Of a stretch of DNA of 64,000 bases, positions 7,540-15,365 are shown in pieces. The first letter of the stretch is position 1. The number at the start of each line of letters is the position of its first letter. The translations under genes and the position numbers were made by a program. The DNA comes from a virus. Its lineage: Duplodnaviria; Caudoviricetes. A model generated the notes under the pieces. The model was given only the letters and a program-made list of their open reading frames with translations, did no database searches and was not told the DNA's origin. The stretch is from positions 3-64,002 of IMG/VR virus record IMGVR_UViG_3300045591_000321; one strand, given 5' to 3'.

Positions 7540-8889
7540 CTATTCGTCGCTCTCTTCATTACTGGTACTATTCCGTTGTAGGGAAAACCAACCCTCTGTC
7601 CATTCGGTTTCGGTGTACTCCCCGAAGATCCTTTTTCGAAGTGAATAGCTGTTGCAGTGTTTCAGCAGCGCCTCATAGGCGCTTATGGTCATTTTGGCCC
7701 GCTCCAGCGTGATTTCTCCGTTCCGGTAATCCTCCATCAATGCCCGCAGCTTCCGCCGCATTCGAAGGGCTGTACTCTTTCTCAACTTGACGTGGTTCGA
7801 CCATAGCCGGAACCCGCAAAATTCTATTCCCAAGCTGATCGGACGAATGCAGACCTTGTTGTTTAAGTCAAGCAGCAATCTTTCATTGATGAAGCGTTCC
7901 AGCGTCTCCTTCCACACCTTCAGCTGCTGCTTATCGTCTGATAGGATAATGACGTCGTCCATATAGCGAATGTAATACCTGATTCCAAGTTCCCTTTTCG
8001 CATACTGATCCAGGGGATTCAGGTTGAGATTGGCGAGCATTTGAGATGATAAGGAGCCGACTGGCATTCCCCGATCCGGGATGCGCTCGTTGCGCGGAAC
8101 TTCTTCCGGCCTCATTCCCGCCGGAAGCCCGAAATTGCGGTTGTTGTTGCATACCGTCGCCGCCATCCATGCCTGCACCTGCTTGTCGCTGACCTTTCGG
8201 TTGAACTCCCGCAATGCGACATCATGAGAAATCCGATAAAAGTACTTCGATATGTCCAACTTCAAATAATACCATTTGGGACCTTCCGGAGCATCCGGGA
8301 ATTCAATCCGTGACTTTCTGGCCACGGCCTGCAGATCGCCGATTGATATTTTTTCGGCCGTCGCATTCAGCAGGATTTCCCGAAATCCCGGATGAGTCCA
8401 AACTGACAGTTTGCCCTCGCCCCGAACACTCTGCCAGCCGGTTTCCGTCAAAGAATGAAAAACCGTGTTCATTGGGTAACACGGGACATTATTCGGTCTG
8501 TCCACCAGCTTCAGCCAATAATATAGCCTCTCTACCGCAGCTATTTGGCCCCTTCCGGGGATACATGCGTAGCTGTCAGAAATATAACCCGTCACAAATC
8601 GAGGGTTTAGTACCTGGTAGAAAGCCCACTGAATAACCCGATCCTCGAATGGCTGCGCCATAATCAGGCGGCACTTTGGCTCGTAAATATAAAATTCACG
8701 GTATGCGCCAGGTCGAAAATCACCAGACAGGAGCCGCTTCTGAATTCGGTGCAAATTGTCGATGAGATGTGCCGAAAACCTTAGGATTTCTTCTCGGTAC
8801 CGTTTGTCCCTTCTGGCATTGATGTACGCCCGGTGGATATTTTCGAAGCTTGCAATCTCTGAAAAAACGTTTTTTATTGTTTTTGGCAT
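7540..8889 (-). CDS. DGR reverse transcriptase with an internal HicA-like insertion
   Basis: EPKCRLI, FEDRVIQ, LKLDISKYF, GMPVGSLSSQMLAN (DGR-type SQ motif), YIRYMDD catalytic motif, GIEFCG; GAGGA RBS before the ATG at 8889. Confidence 0.96.
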   Translation of the reverse strand: MPKTIKNVFSEIASFENIHRAYINARRDKRYREEILRFSAHLIDNLHRIQKRLLSGDFRPGAYREFYIYEPKCRLIMAQPFEDRVIQWAFYQVLNPRFVTGYISDSYACIPGRGQIAAVERLYYWLKLVDRPNNVPCYPMNTVFHSLTETGWQSVRGEGKLSVWTHPGFREILLNATAEKISIGDLQAVARKSRIEFPDAPEGPKWYYLKLDISKYFYRISHDVALREFNRKVSDKQVQAWMAATVCNNNRNFGLPAGMRPEEVPRNERIPDRGMPVGSLSSQMLANLNLNPLDQYAKRELGIRYYIRYMDDVIILSDDKQQLKVWKETLERFINERLLLDLNNKVCIRPISLGIEFCGFRLWSNHVKLRKSTALRMRRKLRALMEDYRNGEITLERAKMTISAYEALLKHCNSYSLRKRIFGEYTETEWTEGWFSLQRNSTSNEESDE

Positions 8890-8899
8890 GAAATTCCTC

Positions 8900-9045
8900 A
8901 AAGAAGATTGCGCTTGGCGACTTTCACTCTGTTACTCGCAGCCTTCGCAATAGTTCATTTTTCTGCCTGTCGGCACGGAAACGAATTCCTTTATCCCCAG
9001 ACTCCGTGCGGCGTCCGTAGACGCGCGCCCCTGGTAATGGGGTAG
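8900..9045 (-). ncRNA. DGR spacer RNA segment 1 (downstream of TR1)
   Basis: Hairpin GCGTC-TACG-GACGC (9011-9024); motifs GATAAAGG..TTCC, AAAAATGAA and GC.AGTAAC..G.GAAAG.CGCC shared with spacers 2 and 3. Confidence 0.7.
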
Positions 9046-9156
9046 AGCGGCGCGGAAACCCACATCGAGATTAGTAAACGCGCGGGTGAAATTGAGGTTG
9101 AGGGCGAACACGCCAGCATTGGAATAGTTCCAGAAGGAACCACCGCGAAAAGGCAA
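9046..9156 (-). repeat. DGR template repeat TR1 (111 nt)
   Basis: Reads LPFRGGSFWNYSNAGVFALNLNFTRAFTNLDVGFRAA; matches the VR 5' part except at adenines. Confidence 0.92.
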
Positions 9157-9159
9157 AAC

Positions 9160-9316
9160 AAATTCGTTCCCATTTTGCAAAGGGGCGGCTTTCGCTTTCG
9201 TTACTTGCGGCCCCTTTACGGTTCATTTTTCACTTTAAAATCAAGTTTGGAAGCAGCTCCCTTTATCCTCAAGCTCTGTGTGGTGTCAATAGACACACAC
9301 CTCCGGCGTAAGGTAG
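9160..9316 (-). ncRNA. DGR spacer RNA segment 2 (downstream of TR2)
   Basis: Hairpin GTGTC-TATT-GACAC (9283-9296) and the same three motifs at equivalent spacing. Confidence 0.7.
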
Positions 9317-9427
9317 AGCGGCGCGGAAACCCACATTGACCCATGAGCCCGCGCGGGGATTGTTCAGATCAAGGGCGAACACGCCAGCATTCGCACCATT
9401 GAGAAAGGAACCACCGCGAAAAGGCAA
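9317..9427 (-). repeat. DGR template repeat TR2 (111 nt)
   Basis: Reads LPFRGGSFLNGANAGVFALDLNNPRAGSWVNVGFRAA; matches the VR 3' part except at adenines. Confidence 0.92.
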
Positions 9428-9429
9428 GC

Positions 9430-9600
9430 TATGAACTACTCCCGGATCTTCTCAAGTAATGCCATTTTTTGCGGGGTTCGCTTCGCTACTGCCGGCTTAT
9501 ATGGCACTTCATTTTTTTGCTTTTTGAAGCAAGGAAATAAGTCCCTTTAATCTCCGTTCCGTCCACTCGTTCGTAAACAAGCGGCTCTGACATGAGATAG
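9430..9600 (-). ncRNA. DGR spacer RNA segment 3 (downstream of TR3)
   Basis: Hairpin CCGCTTGTT-TACG-AACGAGTGG with G-U pairs (9563-9584) and the same three motifs. Confidence 0.68.
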
Positions 9601-9711
9601 AGCGGCGCGGAAACCCTCATCCCAGCTGGAATTCGCGCGGGAATCAGCAAAATAGAGGGCGAACACGCCAGCAGCCCCCGCATTGTTCCAGGAACCACCG
9701 CGAAAAGGCAA
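9601..9711 (-). repeat. DGR template repeat TR3 (111 nt)
   Basis: Reads LPFRGGSWNNAGAAGVFALYFADSRANSSWDEGFRAA; same adenine-free conserved blocks and same length as TR1, TR2 and VR. Confidence 0.88.
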
Positions 9712-9727
9712 GTATGACCTATTCCCA

Positions 9728-10246
9728 TCAGTCTTTAGAGATTTTCTTCTGACACGCATAGCACAGGGATTTTCCAAAATGCGCCGTGGAATAATCGCTG
9801 ATTCTCTTTGTTATAACGGTACCGCATTCCGAACAGAGATACTCCTTCCCGTCCGAATCAATCGTGCCTGACTTTTCTCGTTCAGATTTCAGCCATCCAC
9901 CCACCATTTGGCCAACCTCAATGATACAATTTGAAATATTCTCAAACTGTGGATCCTTCAAATACCCTAAATCATTCGCCCACTGAATATCCATCTTGAA
10001 AGCACCGATTTCAGTGTCCAATTGGCGCAAGGTGTCTTTTTTTGTATACTTTTTATTCGCAACAAAAACCAGCTTTTTGATAGAGTTGAATTCTTCCATC
10101 AGCGTCTGAACGATTACAAAGCGCTGCTCTTTACTCATTCTCCCAAGCACTGGCCAAAGATATAGGCCAAGGTCATACACCTTTTGTTGAATAAAAAGCT
10201 GCTCATATGATTTGCTGAAATGTCTATGATTGTTTTTTTCTGGCAT
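9728..10246 (-). CDS. avd: DGR accessory protein Avd (four-helix bundle) with a C-terminal C4 zinc finger; alternative start 10261
   Basis: FIQQKVYDL, ANKKYTKKDTLRQLDTEI, EVGQMVGGWLK Avd signature; lies between the target gene and the TRs. Confidence 0.9.
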   Translation of the reverse strand: MPEKNNHRHFSKSYEQLFIQQKVYDLGLYLWPVLGRMSKEQRFVIVQTLMEEFNSIKKLVFVANKKYTKKDTLRQLDTEIGAFKMDIQWANDLGYLKDPQFENISNCIIEVGQMVGGWLKSEREKSGTIDSDGKEYLCSECGTVITKRISDYSTAHFGKSLCYACQKKISKD

Positions 10247-10391
10247 AGGTGCTCCGTACATTTCAAAAATTTCTTATTGCGTAAAATTATACGCGAATTT
10301 CGACATGAAAATCTCAATTTTGGAACGAAATTACCATTTTCGTAATTTTAGAATGCAATAAAAGAAAACCAGAAATTTTGAATTTTCGCGA

Positions 10392-10434
10392 CCCGCTTAC
10401 GCGGGAATACAGAAAAGTGGCGCTACCGCGCCAC
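10392..10434 (-). promoter_or_regulatory. Two DNA hairpins downstream of the VR (DGR homing cruciform)
   Basis: GTGGCGC-GGTA-GCGCCAC (10417-10434) and CCCGC-GTAA-GCGGG (10392-10405), 4-nt loops, just past the target stop codon. Confidence 0.8.
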
Positions 10435-10457
10435 AGCAGAGTTCCTTATTCGCAAGA

Positions 10458-11606
10458 TCACAGGTCGCAAAAAGCGGCGCGGAAACCCACATTGACCCAC
10501 GAGCCCGCGCGGGGATTGTCCAGATCAAGGGCGAACACGCCAGCATCGGAATAGTACCAGAAGGAACCACCGCGAAAAGGCAAGCGTTCTCCGTAATTTC
10601 TAATCCAGAAATAATCACCATTCAGACTGTTGTCAACAGGGAAAATTCCAAGATCTTTCAGAAGCTGCGGAACGGTTACACCTGAAGCTGCCGCCACACT
10701 CTCAAACGTTGCATTTAATTCTCCGTAATAATCATCAACGTTTCCACCTGTGTAAGCCGGTTTATCGTTCTTGATGTCCAACACCGGCGCACCAACGTAA
10801 TTGTCTGCCTGCGTTGCATTGCCGACAGCGGATCCGTTATATTTCAGCGTATTCGCAGCTCCCGGAAGTGCGAGGCTGCCATCCTGAAGGATTGCCCGCC
10901 ACAGGTTGCTATTTCTGCTCTCGTCAACCGCAGCAGCCGAATTATTATCCGGAATAATCTGAATTTCGCCGTTCATGAGCCGCAGCCCGGAAGTCCATTC
11001 CCATACATTCCCATTCAGATCACACACACCATCAGGCGTGCCATCGTGTCGCCACGATGCAGGACCTGAACCCGTAAGAGTCCGGCCCGTGTGGTGATAT
11101 CCCTGCGCATCGTGGTAATTGGCCATGTTATTCCAGTTGTTGGCGTCGATCCAGTCGTAAGACTGGACGCCATGCTCCCACGCATGATCGACATCGCGTC
11201 CGCAATAATTATTTCCGCGCGGGATCGTTCCGTTTGTCTTACACCAATGAGCCAGCAACATCCATTCCGAATTGGACAGCAGATGCCATCCCTTCCCTTT
11301 CGCTTCGCAGGCCGCTTTTGCCTGGTCGAAATTTATCCACGCCGCCGGGTCGCGTCCAGGCAAGCTGTAGGCCCGCCCGCCCTCAACAACGTTCTGATAC
11401 TTCGAAACATAGATGTAATCGACTTCCTTTCCGTTGACAATGAACGCCGAGCATGTCGTAGGCGGGCCTCCTGCAACAATATCGGACCAACGGCATTTCG
11501 GGATTTTTACCATAACACTGGGAAGCCCAAGATCATCCAAAATCAGGGTGTTTCTGCCGCCTGTGGCGGATTCCAAGGCAAAGCGTTCCCTATCGAATCT
11601 GCTCAT
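10458..11606 (-). CDS. DGR target: Mtd-like receptor-binding protein with FGE-sulfatase/C-type lectin fold
   Basis: SKYQ, INFDQAKAAC, WHLLSNSEW, DLNGNVWEW, RGGS...GFRAA motifs; follows the baseplate and tail-fibre genes. Confidence 0.92.
   Translation of the reverse strand: MSRFDRERFALESATGGRNTLILDDLGLPSVMVKIPKCRWSDIVAGGPPTTCSAFIVNGKEVDYIYVSKYQNVVEGGRAYSLPGRDPAAWINFDQAKAACEAKGKGWHLLSNSEWMLLAHWCKTNGTIPRGNNYCGRDVDHAWEHGVQSYDWIDANNWNNMANYHDAQGYHHTGRTLTGSGPASWRHDGTPDGVCDLNGNVWEWTSGLRLMNGEIQIIPDNNSAAAVDESRNSNLWRAILQDGSLALPGAANTLKYNGSAVGNATQADNYVGAPVLDIKNDKPAYTGGNVDDYYGELNATFESVAAASGVTVPQLLKDLGIFPVDNSLNGDYFWIRNYGERLPFRGGSFWYYSDAGVFALDLDNPRAGSWVNVGFRAAFCDL
10473..10583 (-). repeat. DGR variable repeat (VR, 111 nt), a TR1/TR2 chimera
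   Basis: Encodes LPFRGGSFWYYSDAGVFALDLDNPRAGSWVNVGFRAA at the target C-terminus and ends in the GC-rich element GGTTTCCGCGCCGCT. Confidence 0.95.
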
Positions 11607-11932
11607 TCAGCATTCACCTCCCACAGCGTCAGCGTCGCATTATCGTGCGAGAAAGCCACAGGTACCTTTATCTGCTGCTGAATACCGTTGACGTCGACGC
11701 CGTTGTCCTGCAGGGTGTACGACCGGGCCGGTATGTCGATCTGCGCCACATAGTTGCTGGAAAGGCCCATCGTGAGCATCCCATAGGCGTTTCGGCACAC
11801 GTCCAGATGGACCGGGAAATCGCGTTCATATTTTGACATATCCAACGTCAGCTCGTCATTGAGCGTCAGTTTGGAGTCGGTCAGAGAATACGGAATTTTC
11901 GTTCCCTCATTTTTCTCAACAATTTTCATCAT
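11603..11932 (-). CDS. Tail-fibre-associated hypothetical protein
   Basis: Translationally coupled ORF upstream of the DGR target. Confidence 0.75.
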   Translation of the reverse strand: MMKIVEKNEGTKIPYSLTDSKLTLNDELTLDMSKYERDFPVHLDVCRNAYGMLTMGLSSNYVAQIDIPARSYTLQDNGVDVNGIQQQIKVPVAFSHDNATLTLWEVNAE

Positions 11933-12708
11933 GACTGCATTCCTCCTGATACAAAGTAATTGGCCTGAGCCGCCGTAGCAGAACCAGTGAACCCGATCTT
12001 GAATCCATTCAGTTGCTTGTCAAAGGCCTCCACTGCCTCTACGGAGCCGCTGGAGCTGATCACCTCGGCGTGAACCATATAATTCAAGTTCTTCCGGGGA
12101 GTAGCCAGCGTTACGGTCACAGCGGAATCATTGAAAGGATACTTTTTGCTGTTCGTCAAAGCCACAGTTCCCATCTCGACAATAAGATTCGCCAGCTGTT
12201 GCGTATGCTGGTCTACCAGCAACTCAACCGTATGGAACTGGCTGTAACGAACATACGCCGCCGGATCCACGGGAATGTCAACCGTGGAGGCATTGCCGAC
12301 ATCAACCGAGCCGAGATAATCCCTCACGGTTCCGGGTGCCTCAGTATTGGTGTAGATAATATCCGGCAACGTGGTCTGCCAAACCTGAAGAAGAATTCCA
12401 TTGTCGCTTGGATCGGGATCGGTGTCGCCAGTATAGCTTTTGGCATAGACTCCAATTTGGTACAGGCTGAACCGCTGCGTAACCGCAGCATTTATCAGCG
12501 TAAACCTCATTTTCGCCATTGCGCCGTCGGAGGAACTGTCCGTAATGGACATATCCATTGCATAATCCGTTAGCTGGGTCAGAGATTCCAAGTCACCGGT
12601 CGCGGCAGCTTTTCCGCAGACCGCTTTGGTAATCTTCAGCTTTTTGCCGTCTAGCCCCGCCAGCAGGGCCTGTCCCTGTCCTGTGACCGCAAAAGTCCAT
12701 CTGCTCAT
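11929..12708 (-). CDS. Tail-collar/tail-fibre protein
   Basis: N-terminal TGQGQALLA...ITKAVCG, INAAVT..FSLYQIGVYA pattern of tail-collar fibre domains. Confidence 0.7.
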   Translation of the reverse strand: MSRWTFAVTGQGQALLAGLDGKKLKITKAVCGKAAATGDLESLTQLTDYAMDMSITDSSSDGAMAKMRFTLINAAVTQRFSLYQIGVYAKSYTGDTDPDPSDNGILLQVWQTTLPDIIYTNTEAPGTVRDYLGSVDVGNASTVDIPVDPAAYVRYSQFHTVELLVDQHTQQLANLIVEMGTVALTNSKKYPFNDSAVTVTLATPRKNLNYMVHAEVISSSGSVEAVEAFDKQLNGFKIGFTGSATAAQANYFVSGGMQS

Positions 12709-13427
12709 GATATCGCCTCTTTCGTGTAATTGGTTGCGCTGCCGCCCTGCTGGGCGGTACCAGACAGCACCGTCTCGAATGTGCTGTTCATAGTTTCCTC
12801 TGAATGGCCCGTAATCGAGCCGCCGAACTTCAGGTGATATGCGGGAAGCACCGCATAATATCCGCTGTCCAGCGCTTCTGCTGAATAGTTGGTCATGGAC
12901 GCCACCACATTGGCCCGCACAGGCATCTTTTCTTCTACATATGTATCAAATATTAGGTGTGCCGGTTTCAACGCCTCAATCGCCGAATAGGCCATATTAA
13001 GGTTGCTCGGGTCAGCATCGGCATAAATAATAATCGTAAATTTGTTCTTCCCGGTACGCTCTTTAAGCTCACACGGACAACCTGTAATGGAAGACACCAT
13101 ATGCACGAGCTTGTACGGATTCGCTGGGCCACGTGTGCGAATAACGTTCAAGACATTTTGGCGGCGCTGTTCAATAGCGAGATTTTCGTTGCGGGTTACT
13201 CCGTAGGTGTCCTCCCAATAAGGGATGAGCCATGTTGCCGTCTGCGGCACGACCTGATTCAGCATTTCCTCGGAATATTTTTGTAAGTCGTCCCATTCTC
13301 GGCCTAAAACCTCGAAAATCCAGAGTGCGGTGTAGGCTTCCCCGTACACCGGCGACAATCGCTGAACAATGGCCTCCGCCTCTGGACTTTTCAGAATTGC
13401 CGCCATTTTTTCCGTCAGGATAGCCAT
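12705..13427 (-). CDS. Baseplate wedge protein (DUF2313/YmfQ/XkdU-like)
   Basis: PQTATWLIPYWE..YG, RRQNV, ALKPAHL motifs. Confidence 0.85.
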   Translation of the reverse strand: MAILTEKMAAILKSPEAEAIVQRLSPVYGEAYTALWIFEVLGREWDDLQKYSEEMLNQVVPQTATWLIPYWEDTYGVTRNENLAIEQRRQNVLNVIRTRGPANPYKLVHMVSSITGCPCELKERTGKNKFTIIIYADADPSNLNMAYSAIEALKPAHLIFDTYVEEKMPVRANVVASMTNYSAEALDSGYYAVLPAYHLKFGGSITGHSEETMNSTFETVLSGTAQQGGSATNYTKEAIS

Positions 13428-14578
13428 TACCCCACCTCCCCCGGCGTCAACGCGAGAGTATCAAGTACCGGGTATTGAGTCACCGTCAGCGGAATATTTG
13501 CGGTCGCATCGTTAATTTTGAGATCCTTGAAATCATCACACCCGCTCACTCCGGAAAGCAGCGCCGAAACATAGGTGTACTTCACCTCCGCTTTTTGGAG
13601 ATTGGCGTCCAAGTTTGCCCGGATGGACACAAAATAGTCCTTCAAGCTGCTTTGGAACGCCGCGACCACCGCGTCAAGAGTGGCCGTGCTGGCCAACTGG
13701 ATTACAGCGGATACCGATACCTGCACAATTTCCGGCGGCTGCACAAGGAGTAGAGCATTCGTCGGCGCTAAACGCAGATCGGGATCGTCCGGCTGCATGA
13801 TATAATCGTTGACGGCTTTGCATAAGTCGCTGGACGCCGGGGCTCCGTTGGCGTCCGTTAAAATAATTGTGACGAGTCCGGAATCATCTTTTGCCGAAAT
13901 AACTGTCGCGGTACCCGTTCCGGCAACCGACAGCGCCCACCTTTTATAATCGGATGGACTGCCGACGTATGACCGAATTTGATTTTGATTGTAATAAGCG
14001 ATTCGTGCCTGCAAGCTCTCGTCGCTTTCCTCGTCTGTTCCTCCGGAAAACGCCGCATTGTTGATAACCGCAGTTATCCCGGCAACCGAATCGCTGCCTT
14101 TTAGGACAATCGTTCCGGCTTGCACATTACCGACTGTGCCAGGTGTGGAACATGTAACAGAAATATCCACGGTGCCAGCAGCCGGGATTGTGGCGTCAGA
14201 CTGTGTCGTAAAATCCAGAGATTGAGCTCCGTTTACGCTGGTTGTCGAGAATACCGTTCCTATTGGGATAATAGTTCCGGCTGTCCCCGTCACTGTTACG
14301 CTTCCAGAGGACGGGACTGCTGCTTTGCGCGGCAGCGCTACATTCTCGGCATGATAATCAAGCCATTCTCCAGTGGAGTATTGAGGCAGTATCTGCCGCA
14401 TTGCCTGCACAAGCGTAAACTGCTTAAATCTGGATTCCTCTGATGCGAAGGGGCGTATACTGTCGCCGACATAGCTCCCGTCTGACGCATCAATATCCGG
14501 AGGAAATGATTCCTGCATGCGTTTTGAGATGGTATCCTGGTCCTCGACGAGAAAATCCGGGGCCTCAAAATCAGCCAA
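13427..14578 (-). CDS. Baseplate J-like protein (XkdT-like)
   Basis: GEWLDYHA, GTVGNVQAGTI, GGTDEESDESLQARI, GSPSDYKRWAL. Confidence 0.92.
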   Translation of the reverse strand: MADFEAPDFLVEDQDTISKRMQESFPPDIDASDGSYVGDSIRPFASEESRFKQFTLVQAMRQILPQYSTGEWLDYHAENVALPRKAAVPSSGSVTVTGTAGTIIPIGTVFSTTSVNGAQSLDFTTQSDATIPAAGTVDISVTCSTPGTVGNVQAGTIVLKGSDSVAGITAVINNAAFSGGTDEESDESLQARIAYYNQNQIRSYVGSPSDYKRWALSVAGTGTATVISAKDDSGLVTIILTDANGAPASSDLCKAVNDYIMQPDDPDLRLAPTNALLLVQPPEIVQVSVSAVIQLASTATLDAVVAAFQSSLKDYFVSIRANLDANLQKAEVKYTYVSALLSGVSGCDDFKDLKINDATANIPLTVTQYPVLDTLALTPGEVG

Positions 14579-15031
14579 TTATGTCACCTCCTTTGAAATG
14601 GCAATTGTTGCCGTGCTGCCGTCGATCCCAACTGCGGCAACCGACACATCAAGCGAAGTGCCGGTCCATGAATAGTCGATACTTTCGACATGGTCCAGTC
14701 TCCCGTACTGATCCGATTTGAGCGTGTCGGAGATTTCTCGGGAAAGAATGTTTTCTGTTAAGTCGCGGTCCCCGCTTGCAAGTGCATTTTTCCAATCCAC
14801 GCCATACCAGGCAGGATAATAGGGACTCGCCCCTTTCTGCGTTGCCAGACACTTCTCGCACCACTGCGCCCACGCCGTGGCCCCGTTGGCTATAACGACC
14901 CGATGGGCACCGTCGCGGGCAAAATCCTTCCCGTCGAAATAAGGGGCCGCCTTATACCCGATAAACCCGTTGTCAACATCATCCTCGGTGCCTACGTCCT
15001 GGCTGATCGCGTCAGGAAACAAATCCGGCAT
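14579..15031 (-). CDS. Baseplate protein (DUF2634/XkdS-like)
   Basis: AWAQWCEKCL.T..G...YP.WYG pattern and synteny. Confidence 0.78.
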   Translation of the reverse strand: MPDLFPDAISQDVGTEDDVDNGFIGYKAAPYFDGKDFARDGAHRVVIANGATAWAQWCEKCLATQKGASPYYPAWYGVDWKNALASGDRDLTENILSREISDTLKSDQYGRLDHVESIDYSWTGTSLDVSVAAVGIDGSTATIAISKEVT

Positions 15032-15032
15032 A

Positions 15033-15365
15033 TCATCCCTCCTCCACAATGTCCACCACGACAAATTCTGCTTCATCGGCCAGAGCTACCAAAACCCGGT
15101 CGCCGACCTGCAGGGGTCGCAAGGATTCGGGCAGCTTCACCGGCTCCGACTGCACGGTTGTCCAGTTTGAAGTCGGCTGTGAGAGCGAGCGGCATACAAG
15201 ATAGGAGCCGCGAGGAATAACGGCAGGAAACACGTCTAATTTGAGGCCGTCAGAGACAATCGTCCCCATGAAGCTTTGTTGCTGGCTGTGGTGTTCGGCA
15301 ATTTTATGCGACCGTTCCTCCATTGCCCGGTTCAGCCGGGCAATCCCATTATTTGAACTACTCAT
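15033..15365 (-). CDS. Baseplate spike-like protein (DUF2577/XkdR-like)
   Basis: LQVGDRVLVA...FVVVDIV C-terminus and synteny. Confidence 0.72.
   Translation of the reverse strand: MSSSNNGIARLNRAMEERSHKIAEHHSQQQSFMGTIVSDGLKLDVFPAVIPRGSYLVCRSLSQPTSNWTTVQSEPVKLPESLRPLQVGDRVLVALADEAEFVVVDIVEEG

Noticed and set aside
9046-9711. TR array as a CRISPR array or group II intron
   Set aside because: Repeats are 111 nt and match a coding VR; no cas genes; the RT has the DGR SQ motif and is accompanied by avd, with no intron domain V/VI seen
9046-9711. TR2 and TR3 as extra variable repeats or decayed target genes
   Set aside because: They lack upstream coding sequence and the VR-type 3' end and hairpins; they end in the TR-type CTA sequence and carry full spacers; the TRs differ from each other at non-A positions. 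Additional trans targets elsewhere in the genome cannot be excluded
8932-9777. ORFs 8932-9180, 8991-9173, 9486-9728 and 9547-9777 as protein genes
   Set aside because: They are read-throughs of the TRs, which stay open because they template a coding VR; no convincing RBS and no N-terminal CLec domain
10262-10390. Possible internal promoter for avd-TR-RT (minus-strand TATAAT at 10292-10287)
   Set aside because: No -35 at proper spacing that I can support, so it was not called as a feature
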